Under the pieces are notes generated by a model. That model was not told where the DNA came from. It saw only the letters and a list, made by a program, of their open reading frames with translations, and made no database searches. This document shows, in pieces, positions 1 through 11,950 of a stretch of DNA of 64,000 nucleotides. The stretch lies in NCBI RefSeq assembly GCF_001194135.2, contig NC_068985.1:106765681-106829680 (forward strand), given 5' to 3'. The position numbers were made by a program, and so were the translations under genes. Origin of the DNA: Octopus bimaculoides. Taxonomy: Eukaryota. Each line of letters begins with the position of its first letter. Position 1 is the first letter of the stretch.

Positions 1-1356
1 TACTCTGGATCTCTTTAATTGCCTTTATTGCCTATGCCGTAAACCCAATGAAACAATTAACCCATAGATATTCCAACCAGTTCTGACAATATTAACCACC
101 ACATCCTAAACAATTTATGTAGGCTTCCCAACTATCAACTAACAAACGAATTTTTAACAATGTATCTCAGTTAAGATTTGACCACCAGTAGTAGCTTTAA
201 GGATAAAATGTATTACACAGCAACACCTATACCTTGCCCCCAGTAAAAACTACATAGGAAATGAAACATAACCTGGTACTACTTAAATTTAATATTACAA
301 TCAATACAGCAGTTGTTTAGATATTGTTTAAGCTCCTTGAAAAACATTTCCCTCAAACTACAAGACACCAGGTACAAAGCAAAAATATTATCATACTTTT
401 GTACCCTATTACCCGAAATTTTAACTACTATTAGCATATCATACATAATTCTAAACTTATTGAACACAGAATCATGAACCAATAAAGCATCAATCTGTGC
501 AACTGTCCTGTAGCTTCTAACTACACAATTAGGGTTAATGTGTACAAATGACTGGTTACTACTTAAGACAACACAAAAGCTTGCATTGGAAGGGCCCCAA
601 ACCCATTTAAATCACAATTTTCTTTGCATATGCATTCCTTTAAAAACCATGACAAGCAAACTTCTTTGGTTTCATACATTTGGCCATTAAGGATAATTCA
701 ATACCAGATCAACGTAAATAGAACATTTTATCTACAGCTAAAGCATATGAGGAGAATAATAACCTGTAATCTTTGTACAATGAAGGGCTTGCATATTTTT
801 GGCAAAGGCGCCTTTATTCAACAGCCATTCAGAAAAGATTCCAAACAGCATACGCAGAAATTTTAAGTTGTATAGATTTTACATGCTGATACTCTTCCAC
901 ATCACTATCAACGGCCTACATATTCATATGCATGCATGTTTCAACTATCATTCTTTCCATGATTGATTCTATTCCTAAAAGACATCATGTTTTTAATTCT
1001 TATCACTAATAGTTTTCACCTTCACCAATATTAACAATTGTAAATCCATCAATATTAACTCTAAATCGATGTGCATGACCATTAGTATTGCTTTGTTTTG
1101 TTCTGACTTTGTTTAGCTTACCATGTTAACAGATTTCATTCACTTTTCAATTTTGTTTCATTCTTACTAGACATTCTGAAGAGTATTTATGAAATAGTTT
1201 TATCATCTTCTACATGTCATTCTCAACAAATAAAAGAAAAAAGTAAAAACCTCCTTTCAGTCTATATTAGTAGTGTATTCAATACTTTCTATTCAACAGT
1301 GGCTATTTCTATTACTACCAATAAATTTTATTGCTTTTATATGTGTGGGTGTATGC

Positions 1357-1405
<49 letters not shown>

Positions 1406-1415
1406 NNNNNNNNNN
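1406..1415. other. Assembly gap (10 N) flanked by two identical ~200-bp copies
   Basis: 1202-1405 and 1416-~1610 match base for base up to a (TA)n tract. Confidence 0.95.
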
Positions 1416-1570
1416 ATCATCTTCTACATGTCATTCTCAACAAATAAAAGAAAAAAGTAAAAACCTCCTTTCAGTCTATATTAGTAGTGTATTCAATACT
1501 TTCTATTCAACAGTGGCTATTTCTATTACTACCAATAAATTTTATTGCTTTTATATGTGTGGGTGTATGC

Positions 1571-1613
<43 letters not shown>

Positions 1614-1985
1614 CAATCAGATATATTCAATGAGAATACAGTATACTGAATTTTGAATAAGTGCTCTTGGTAGGGAAATGTCTAAAACCTTAAAGGTATT
1701 TAGACATTTAATAAGAGCAATTATATGTTATAAAGTAAGACCAGGAAAAATTACATTAAAAAATCATCACAGAAGATATATGTCCAAAATAATATCGTAT
1801 TAATAGATAGATATATAAAATATGACTATTTAAGAAGTTTAAAATATCTTACGATCATTTCATAAATGTATTACCCTTCAAAATGAAATCTAAAATTGAT
1901 TATCATTATTAGGTAATACATCCACTTGTCAGAGAAAAAGGGTGAATTTCCATGTAGTCAATCTAATGCTATGTATGTATGTATG

Positions 1986-2017
<32 letters not shown>

Positions 2018-2440
2018 CACGCTTGTGTATGTATATTTCTGTATGCATATATGTGCATCACCATATGTGTGTGTGTGTGTTTTGTCTGAATTTTTGGGTG
2101 AGGAGTAATAGTCATTATACAACCAGACAATGGGATAGTGAATATAGGTATTGAGTAGGTGTAAAAAGTTAAATATAGTTATTTACTTAGTGGATGTAGG
2201 TTCAATCCCTAGGTCAGTCAATGTATATATACTCTGGTTCAAGCAGAACAAGCAAGTTGCATCAGCGGGGAGGAGCATAAATAATAGGAGCATATCCCTG
2301 GTGTGGACAATGACATAAGGGCAATCTAACCCCCATACATTTAATAAAGGGTTTGGTTTACAATTTAGAAAATATTACAGAACACAGCAGGTACCTGAAG
2401 GGTAAAGGGTAAAGACAAAAACATTACTCTGATTATATTA

Positions 2441-3080
2441 ATAATAATCCTTTCTACTATAGGACAAAAACCTGAAATTTGTGGGGAGGGGGTAGGTTAA
2501 TTATATTGACTCAGTATGTAACTGGTACTTATTTCATTGACCCAAAAGGGATGAAGGACAAAGTAGACCTTGGCGGAATTTGAACTCAGAATGTAAGGCT
2601 GGATGAAATACTGTTAAGCATTTAACCTGGCGTGCTAACAGTTCTGCCAGCTCACCACCATAATAATAATCCTTTCTATTCTAGGCACAAAGCCTGAAAT
2701 TTTTAGGGTGTGGGTGAGTTGATTACATTGACCCCCAATGCTTAATTGGTACCTATTTCATTAACCTAAAAGGATGAAAGGTAAAAATCAGCCTCAGCAG
2801 AATTTGAACTCAGAACATAAAGAAATGCTGCTAAGCATTTTATCCAGAGTGCTAACAATTCTACCAGCTCATAGCAATAAGGATGATGATGATGATGATG
2901 ATAATTGTTTAAATCTAGGCACAAGGCCAGCAATTTTGGGAGAGGTGGTCAGTTCACTGTACATGGCTAGCATTTCATTTTGTTCTCAGAAAGCTTGGAA
3001 GGCAAATGTGACTGAGTCTGGATTGAACTCAGAATGTACAGTGTATAAACAAACATCATAAGGCATTTTGTCTAACAATT
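2441..3080 (-). mobile_element. Three head-to-tail copies of a ~220-bp tRNA-derived SINE (family A here)
   Basis: On the minus strand each unit has an A-box-like TGGCAGAATCG, a B-box-like GAGTTCAAATTCC and a 3' ggccttgtgcctatagtagaaagg followed by (TTA)n. Units start at about 2441, 2661 and 2876; the third is diverged. Confidence 0.88.
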
Positions 3081-3212
3081 TCTAACTCCAAATTCCATTC
3101 ACAAGTTATTAGTCAACCTGAATCTATGGTAGAAGGTACTTGTTTAATGTGCTATGTAGTTAAATCAAACCTGGAACCTCATGGTTAGGAAACAAACTTA
3201 CACTGAGAATAG
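3081..3212 (-). mobile_element. Degraded head of SINE family B
   Basis: Aligns by eye to 29955-30085 (ccattcacaag...tagaagacacttg...gaacc). Confidence 0.6.
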
Positions 3213-4334
3213 CTTTAAAGAATAAATCACAGTTTGCATAGTAAAGTAAGAGAAGAGTAGACTAATGGGCTTTTCCATAATATATCACATTAAAAAGAAA
3301 TTACAAGAAAGAAACTAAAAGAAGGTACACACATTTATCAAATATGTATTTCTAGCTAAGATGTTTGGTCGATAACTATCAGAGCCTTCTTCATATATCA
3401 TTCTGTGGTTGTCACTGTGAGCAATGATTCTCTAGTTGCAAGATATTTTTTTTGAATTTAAAGCACTATGTCCTATTGAAAACAAAATCAGCACAAACTA
3501 TACCAGAGAGCAAGTGAATGAGTGGGTGAGTGAGTGACAGAGAAAAAGACAGAGTTGTAAAATATTAAGATGCTAACTGTTGTTAGGTTTGTCCACTATA
3601 TAATTTATACATTGCTCTTCAGCAACTGAAACATTTAAAATGGAAACCATGTGTTGGAACAGAAATAATCCAAATCCAAATTACAAAGAATCAGTCTGAC
3701 AACCAGAGTCTGAGTATGACAGATTTCAATCAGAGTTAAAATGGATTAATTTAAAGGCTTATGCATTTGTAACAACACTATTTTGATGGAACTGTCATCA
3801 TTCTCTAAGAGTATCCAGTTGTAAATTTTTATTTTAATTATCCATGGTCCAGAAAACAAAATGATCCAGAAGTTTCTGTGTATTGGGGGAAGTGGGGCAG
3901 AAAATATAAGCAATATCTCAGCTTTGACACCTGTGCTTCTCTGCCAATGTTGTACATTTTCCTTGTCTACTTCCACCCTGTTTAACTTCATGTATTAGCC
4001 ATCATTTTATAACATTTTGTAGTTACATTCTTGTGTAGATTTTATCCCTTTCATGATTTCTGCTGTTAGTTTCCCTCCTTTCTTCATAACAATTGGTCAT
4101 TTCAGCCTGTCTTGTAATTATTGGTTTCTTTCATACCAGAAAACAAACCTTTTTGGCTTTTAGTCATATTTGGTAGTTATTTGTATTAGTTTTCCATTAT
4201 TCTTTATTAATTTTGCAGAGTGGGTACTTTATAATTATAACGATAACATATTAGCAGAATAGTTAGAGCATTGGAAATTTTCTGACATTGCGCTTAAATT
4301 AGAAATCATCATTATTTTTATTATTATTAAAATG

Positions 4335-4760
4335 TCATTGAGGTGGCACAATCTTAGCATACCAGACAAAATGCTTGACAGTTTTCCATCCACCTTTGTT
4401 CTGAGTTCAAATTCCACTAAGGTCAACTTTACCTTTCATCCTTTTGAGGTCAATGAAATATTTACCAGTGAAATACTGGAGTTGATATAGTAGACTAGCC
4501 TCCTTCCCAAAAATTTCAGGCCTTGCACCGAAAATATAAAAAATTCTTCTTCTTCTTATTATTATTATTATTATTACTATTACTATTATAGCCAATGGCA
4601 GAATTGCTAAAATCATTTTGACAGGATGTCATGTAGTATTTAGTTATGTCTCATATTTCAAGTTAAGAGTAATAAAATACATAGCAGTTAACTTTGAAGT
4701 TGATTTAATCAACTCTTCTCTTAAATTCACAGGCCTTGTACATAAATTATAAATCTTTCT
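4335..4760 (+). mobile_element. Two tandem SINE family A copies
   Basis: ctgagttcaaattcc...tttcatcctttt...aaaatttcaggccttg with a (TTA)n tail, then a second, degraded tggcagaattgct copy. Confidence 0.8.
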
Positions 4761-5914
4761 TATTGCCGGTATATGTTACAGAGGATAATAATGTGATTTT
4801 GAATAAGTTTTGGCTAATTCACTTTACGTAAAGCCATCACTTTTGGGAATTAAAATCATTCATCACACTGACTAAAATGGATTTGCAGTTGCAGAGGGCA
4901 AAGTAGTTACAGTTAATTAAAAAGTAAACATACCATTATTAATAAATAATCATGCAGTGTTACCAAATGGGTAAGTTATAAATAAAAAAAGTCAAAGCAC
5001 AATTTAAAATAATGTAACATAATAGATTATTTGTATAACATTCCAGAAAATCATTTGAGGATTTTAATGCTATGTACACAAAACTGAGTGAAATAATTTT
5101 ATATCACACACCGAATTATTGTATGGGTACACTACATTGTTATGTGTGTGTGTTTGTTTGTTTGTTTACATTTGTACTCTACAAAAGCTGTGACCTGTGA
5201 GCAGTGCTGCTGCTGTTGTCACTTCTGTCAACAAATCATCCACTCACTTTGCATCTTTGAAGACACGAAATGAAAGCTCTCTTACTTGAAAAGCAAGTAA
5301 GGGTTTCTGACAGGAAGGAGATCTGAAGGTGAAACAATTCTTCAATAATATATTCATCTAACCCATGCTGGCATGGAAAATCCTCATCATCATCATTTAA
5401 CCTCCATTTTCCATGCTGGCATGGGTTGGATGGTTTGACAGGAGATGTCAATGAGTGAATGAACAAATTTCACCCATCTCTACTATAGCTGCTTAGTGCA
5501 GGTAAGGCTCTGCTGACAACTACTATCATACTAAACCGTGCCCACTTCAGATGATATATTTTGGGGGCTTCTGCACCCTAAAATGTACATGAAGACCACT
5601 CAGCTACATTGATGCTACTGGCAAAGAAATGCAACATGAAATTGGTAACCCAAGCTAATATGGATAGGGGTACAAAGATTCCTGGAACTGCATGGTGGAA
5701 TGCATATTGATGAAGTTGTAGTAGAGGTTTATCCCAAATGTAGTATGCCAGAGCAAGTGCAGGACATTATTTAATGGCATCCCTAATGCCAGGGTCAATT
5801 TTTGCTTATATCCTAACAAAGTTGATAAAATTAAGTTGCAGACATACCAATGTTGATTGAATTGATTATACCTACACTCAACAATAAATGCAAGGCACAT
5901 TGTACTAATTTAAT

Positions 5915-6335
5915 GGATTGGCAGAATTGTTAGTGTCAGACAACATACCTTGCAGTGTTTAGCTACAACCTTTTATGTTCTGAGTTCATATCCCACCACA
6001 GTCAACTTTGTTTTCATTCTTCTAAGGTCAAGTCCTGGGCAGGGTGGGGGATTTAACTGAGTAATTCCTACCTCATAACAAAGAACAAAAAATGTTGGCT
6101 TTCTGTCTATGTTAGAAATTATTAGTGGAAGAATCATAAGTGTTGGGAAAATGCTTTGTGGAATTTATTCCAGCATTTTACCTTCTGAATTTAAACCCTT
6201 CCAAGGTCATTTGCTTTGCACCTTTTCAGGGATGATAAAATAAAGCATTAGTCAAGAACTGCTGTTGATGGTTTTGACTGCTCCCCATCCTCTCAAAATT
6301 TCCAGCTTGGTGCCTAATACATATTATTATTATTA

Positions 6336-6389
<54 letters not shown>

Positions 6390-6600
6390 CCAGCTGGCAG
6401 AATCATTAAGCATGCTGGATGAAATGCCACTAAGCATTTCGTCCTTTATGTTCTGAGTTCAAATGCTGATGAGGTTGACTTTGTCATCTTTTCAGGGTCA
6501 ATAAAGTAAGTAGAGCCAACCACTAGGTTGATGTAATCAAGTAACCCCTTCTCCAAATTTTCAGGCCCTGTGCCTATAGTAGAAAGAAATTATTATTATT
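5915..6600 (+). mobile_element. Three tandem SINE family A copies with a long (TAT)n spacer at ~6321-6388
   Basis: Heads at about 5915, 6125 and 6390 (agctggcagaatcattaagcatgctgg); the last ends ggccctgtgcctatagtagaaagaaattattatt. Confidence 0.82.
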
Positions 6601-8179
6601 TGGTAAAAGCTGACTTAAGGAAGTAAGGAACTAAATTGAAGGCAATATAGCATTCAGTTCAAAGTTTATGTAATTATTATTTTTATTTAACTGGCAATAC
6701 CTGTTGTGTCAAATCCCAAGAAATCACTATTGTCCCTATTATTACTCAAGGACAAGGAATTGTATGAAGTAGCAAAGTACTAGACAATATATTAATTTCT
6801 AATTATGACACTTTTCATTCTGGCTTCGAAACCCAGTGGAGTTAATTTTGCATTTCATACTTCAGGAATAAATTATATATCTATAACCTTGCCAAAATTA
6901 TATCTCAAAGACTAAATCTTTTCTATGGAGCCAGAAAAATGCTTCAGGTCTCAGTAGGTGATGACACTAGACAAAGCTCATGTAAGACGCAGTGATGTAT
7001 AATTTATATACCTGAGATAAAACAAATGCTACACACATAAACATCCTTGATCACATTTAATTTATTCATACACAGCCACATTGAGGATCAACCCTACACA
7101 CACATACACACAAAGTCACAACTCATAGAAAAACAGTGTCATTTGTTTGCATGAAAACGTGTTCAGTAACTGATGTGTTCATGTCTCAAACATCTCAAAG
7201 GTGAACTTTTACCATGGTTGGTAACAAGTAAAGGTTGGTGACAAGAATCCAGTCATCGAAAATTTGTTTCAATGAATTTTACCTAAACCACATAAGTATG
7301 AAAATGTAGATGTAATGATCACATCTATATTTATAAATATCTACGTTCATAAATATAAACCTCTGCTGATTCACCGAAAGCGATAAATTACAGGACTCAA
7401 TACAAATGTAGAGAGTATTCTTTAATACATTATAACTGAAAGGTTCCATATATGTGTAGATATAAATATATCTATATATTTATATACACATTTACACACA
7501 CACACACACATATATATAGACACAGTGAACCCTCACTAATTGATAACAGGAGAAGCATATTTCTTTTAGTGGACCATCCAGGATAATGAATGGTAAGGGT
7601 TAGTATTGTATACACACATGATACTGAAAAAATATACAGTGTATGCTGAACATGATAAAAAGTAACAAAATTACAGAAACTACTGTAAGCATCACATAAC
7701 TATACAAATCATATGCATATATTGCTTATGAAATTATTTAATATTACTGAAAGTAAAAAAATAAAAAGTTAATACCATAAATGGTTAATTTCATTTAATT
7801 TCAAATGATCTTGATGTGATAGTAAAGATACAGAAGATAACTTGCCATTGTAAATTACTAGATCTATGATGCCTCATTGATCCTTTCCCCTTTTCTTGTC
7901 AAAATTTGAGGTGACTGAAGAAGGGCTGAATCACCAGCAGGTCATCAATATTATCAGTAGGCTAAACAGCTTCAGCAAGGTTAGGACAAACTGACTTGGG
8001 GGAGTCAAATTTCAGTTGTTTACCTGCTGATATGGTTTCTAGATCATGAATTTCCTAAAGGCTCTAAAGGTGTTCATAATATTGTTGAAAATTAAAAAAT
8101 CAATTATGAAATCCTGCTGTCAAGATACACTCCTATAATACTGAGTTTGTAGTTCTTGGGCTATACTTTGTCATCTTCA

Positions 8180-9070
8180 TTGTTATCACTATCTCAGGTG
8201 TTACAGCAAGAACTTCATCAGTTATTTCTTCTATGGTTAACACTTGCTATCCAGGGTGTCACTCCCAATGTTTGCTAGCCAGGCTCTGATGTTCTCCTGT
8301 GTGAAATCTGTTTCACTTGTCTGCTAAAGTACACAATGTAAATACCCAACCTCAAATCTTAAAATCTTACATAAGTTTCTTGGTTCAGTTTTTAAGCAGT
8401 GGCTGCATTGTTGAGGTAACAATAGAGGGCAACATGTACCTTATTTTACTACTATTGCTGACAAATTGGTGACCATCTATTGCTGACAAATGGGTGAAAA
8501 GATGCACTGTCCAAAATTAGTGGCACTTCCAGCTCACCAGTAGAAAGTTGAGGTCATTGTAGGGGTGTTTATGCATTGCAGTAATGAAATGTAATAAAAA
8601 CAAATCATTAAAGATATGCATGTTGAACCACAGTTTCTTGGAATGACAAAATGCACTAGTAGCTAGAGCACTGTTTGCAAACCTCTCTGTGCTGATATAT
8701 TCCCATCACCCCTAACTTTTTAATGGTACATACTGTCAGCAAAATGCAACACATCAAAAAAATATGTACCTAATTTATAACCAGGTGTGAAGGCTTTATT
8801 CTTAAAATCTTAGTTATTCTAAAGTAGTGAATGCCAATACAACTCAATTTCATTGTTGTTATTTAATTGGGAAATTACGAGCCCTTCATACTTCAGTCAG
8901 TTAACCTGTTCCTGAATGGTTCATTTCCTTGGTTGGTACACTTCTTGCTTCACCAAGGGTAATATTATTACTAATTCCACAGTGATTTCTAAATCACCAT
9001 AATACCAGTCATTAGCTTCAAAACTCTTGTCACCTTTATGCCTGGCTAACATAACAGCAACACAAGACAT
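8180..9070 (-). pseudogene. Tigger/pogo (Jerky/CENP-B-like) DDE transposase relic
   Basis: Frameshifted minus-strand remnants appear in the expected order: GDKSFEANDW../FRNHCGISNNITLGEARS (end of the HTH), EGLVISQL....E..LYW.SL....TPGYK, LILDSASFHP (cf. LLLDNAPAHP, ~8492-8521) and QVLTIEEITDEVL. Many stops. Confidence 0.65.
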
Positions 9071-10781
9071 TTCTATACCATAGAAGTTAATAACATAGGA
9101 CGACTGACAGATACACCAGATCATTACCTCTCAAGGTCTGTATTTTTATAACTTTCATATGCTTCCTGAACAAATGAAGATTTAGAATTACTTTATAATA
9201 TTTCAAAGAAAATGCAATAAATTTGTCCTTAGCCTTGCATATGTGTAACATTGTTCACTTTCTAACAGCATACTCTTCACAAACTCACTACCAAAACACC
9301 AGCCTCTACAGTCCTTATAGTTTCTGCTTTATAGGTAAGGTGAAAAGTTTCTTTAGATTATTACACTCATGAAATTGTGATGTAAAAATGCAAGGCTGAA
9401 AGATGTGTAGTGAATGAAAATTGCTGAATGATACAAGTTGTATCATGTTGTGTATGTTGGCTATTGTTACAGTGTGCACTGTATATACCACACTGAACCT
9501 ATAAGTCTTGTATAAATTTTACTCATAAAGAAACATACAAATTTCAGCAACTTTATCCTGTGCTTAATCTTTGTTTCTGAGTGTATACTATAAGACTTGA
9601 AAACAAATTATGGCCATTTACATTATGAGACTGCAAGAACTGAATTATTATAAAGAAAATCAATGTTAATTAACAAATTTTCAACAAATTTATACAAAAA
9701 AAAAATTTTCCACCATAATAACATATTTCTCATAACTAATAGATTGAATACAGACAGATAGAATCAGGGAGCAGAGAGGATGAATGAATTAAAATACTAG
9801 AATTAAGAGTTTATTTAGTCAGGGGATGTGCAGTGTGTGTTCTAGACATGAGCATAATAAAAGCTAAAAATAACTAGAATGAATCCAGAGGAAATATCAC
9901 TTGTCTTAGGTCCTTATTTTTGTCACTCTCCTATTATCCCTCCAACTACCCAGTATTTCATAAAAAAGGAGCAAAATAATTAGTTTCCCATTTTGATTTC
10001 TGATAGTATTATTGAGTGAGCTTAACATTTATGATTATTAAGCTATTAGTATATAGTATTCAACTAACACATCCACAATATATGCTCTCTTCAACATTGA
10101 TATTCAAAGATGATCGGGGAAATCAACATTGATAGTCACTCTTCTAGCTTAGATTTATTTCAGTTTATCTGATATTCAATTTAACAGAGTATAATTAAAT
10201 GCAGGTTCACTACACACACACACACACACACAGGTGCGCACATAAGTGCAAAACAAGGTGGAAAAAATAGTATTCATCACAACTGTCCGATGAATGAGAA
10301 CATGAAACTCTGAATAACAGTTCTGTGATAATTTTGCAGCTTTAATAAAAAGTATATATATATAAGTGAGTAAATAGTGGGGCTGTGTTAACCGCATGTG
10401 GAGAAATAATAGGAAAATGAAGAATAAGGCAGAATGCTAAACTGGAAGCATATTTTAATAAAGATCTTATTTTAATATATATATATATAATAAACCAGAG
10501 AGATTTACTAAAGATGTAAAAAAGATTTAGTCATGAAAATCAACAGCCCTCCAGAATTAGAGTTTTAAAAACAATCACCATATTCAGTTTGTAGTTTAAG
10601 TAGACTTGGACTGTTAAGAAGTCCATCTCTTTAGGCTGGAACAATGTGGGCCTACTAAGAATGACTAGTATTGGTATTCCTGAGAGACTAAAATCAATGA
10701 AAGTTTGAATGAAATACATTTTTAAAGTGATGTTTGCAGTGAGAATGAATTGCTTAACAAGTCAAGTCTACTTGAGAAAAA

Positions 10782-10855
10782 ATATTGGTACTCCTATACA
10801 TGTGTGTGTGTACATAAACACACACACGCACACACATGTATAGGAGTACCAATAT
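10782..10855. repeat. Perfect inverted repeat: 27-bp arms, 20-nt spacer
   Basis: atattggtactcctatacatgtgtgtg (10782-10808) / cacacacatgtataggagtaccaatat (10829-10855). Confidence 0.97.
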
Positions 10856-10881
10856 AAACACACATACACACACACACACAC

Positions 10882-11030
10882 GTATATATTAAAAATGGGA
10901 AAGGCCAGTTTAATGGATTACCTTAGGTTTCCTGTCCATAAAGAGTTTAGCTTTATGGTGTATCGTCAGATCCCAAAAACCTGTTGGCCCATGACCTCTT
11001 AAACTGGCCTTCCCTATTTTTAATATACAC
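10882..11030. mobile_element. ~150-bp MITE-like element with 32-bp terminal inverted repeats (29/32 match)
   Basis: Left end gtatatattaaaaatgggaaaggccagtttaa; reverse complement of the right end gtgtatattaaaaatagggaaggccagtttaa. Sits in a CA/TA microsatellite. Confidence 0.7.
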
Positions 11031-11196
11031 CACTCTACATTTTAGAGTGTGCTGCTTCTTTCAGATTTACGTTTTCTAAAAACGATATATATATATCTTT
11101 TACTTGTTTCAGTCATTAGACTGGCCATGCTGAGGCACCATCCAACCCATTCCAGCATGGAAAACAGATGTTAAATGATGATGCATGTTTATATAT

Positions 11197-11200
<4 letters not shown>

Positions 11201-11267
<67 letters not shown>
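11201..11267. repeat. (AG)n microsatellite
   Basis: Read directly. Confidence 0.98.
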
Positions 11268-11272
<5 letters not shown>

Positions 11273-11559
11273 CATTATGATAAGAGTAGGCATGGTGTGA
11301 AATGATTCTCCAATATGGCTGTTTGAGACAACTGACACCTCATATTCTTTATGTTTTTATATTCTGACAAAAATATTAAGATTATGAGTATTTTACCTGG
11401 TGAAAGCCAAATTAGGAATTCACAGTAATTACAGGACAGCCCAGAGAGGATTAGCCAAGGTCACTGTCAAGTTAAAAAATACTAAGATCTAATGTCTGCT
11501 GATAATAACATTAATAACTTCTAACATATAAATCCAAGAATTTTGAAAAATGTTTATGA

Positions 11560-11950
11560 TCAACTGTACTAATCACAGTACATTAGTGATGTTTATTTTA
11601 TTAGCCCTGGAAGTATAAAAGGCAAAATCAGTCCGAGAGAAACTCAAATTTGGAATGTAAAAGTATCTTATTTAATACCACAAAGCAACTTTTCTATTAT
11701 TTTACCACTTTGTTACCCACCTCTCGTATTGTTGTGTGGTGCTTTCTAGCTTTAAATACTAGACCACAAACATAAGCAGAAGTGAAGTCGATTAAATTTC
11801 TCCTATTTCTTAATTAGGACTAATTTTATCAACCCAGAATGGTGAAAAATTAAGTTGACTTTGGTGGGATTTGACCTTAGAATGTAAAAAACCATAGTTA
11901 AAAACACAAGATATTTTATTTAATGACCAACTGATTCTGCCGAGCAACAG
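11560..11950 (-). mobile_element. Two degraded SINE family A copies
   Basis: aaaggcaaaatcag...; ttttatcaacccagaatggtgaaaaattaagttgactttggtgggatttgac...ctgattctgcc. Confidence 0.65.

Noticed and set aside
1202-1612. Apparent 200-bp tandem duplication and the 127-aa ORF 1273-1656
   Set aside because: The copies are identical, flank a 10-N gap and end in (TA)n, the usual signature of unmerged contig overlap. The ORF runs through Ns and the microsatellite.
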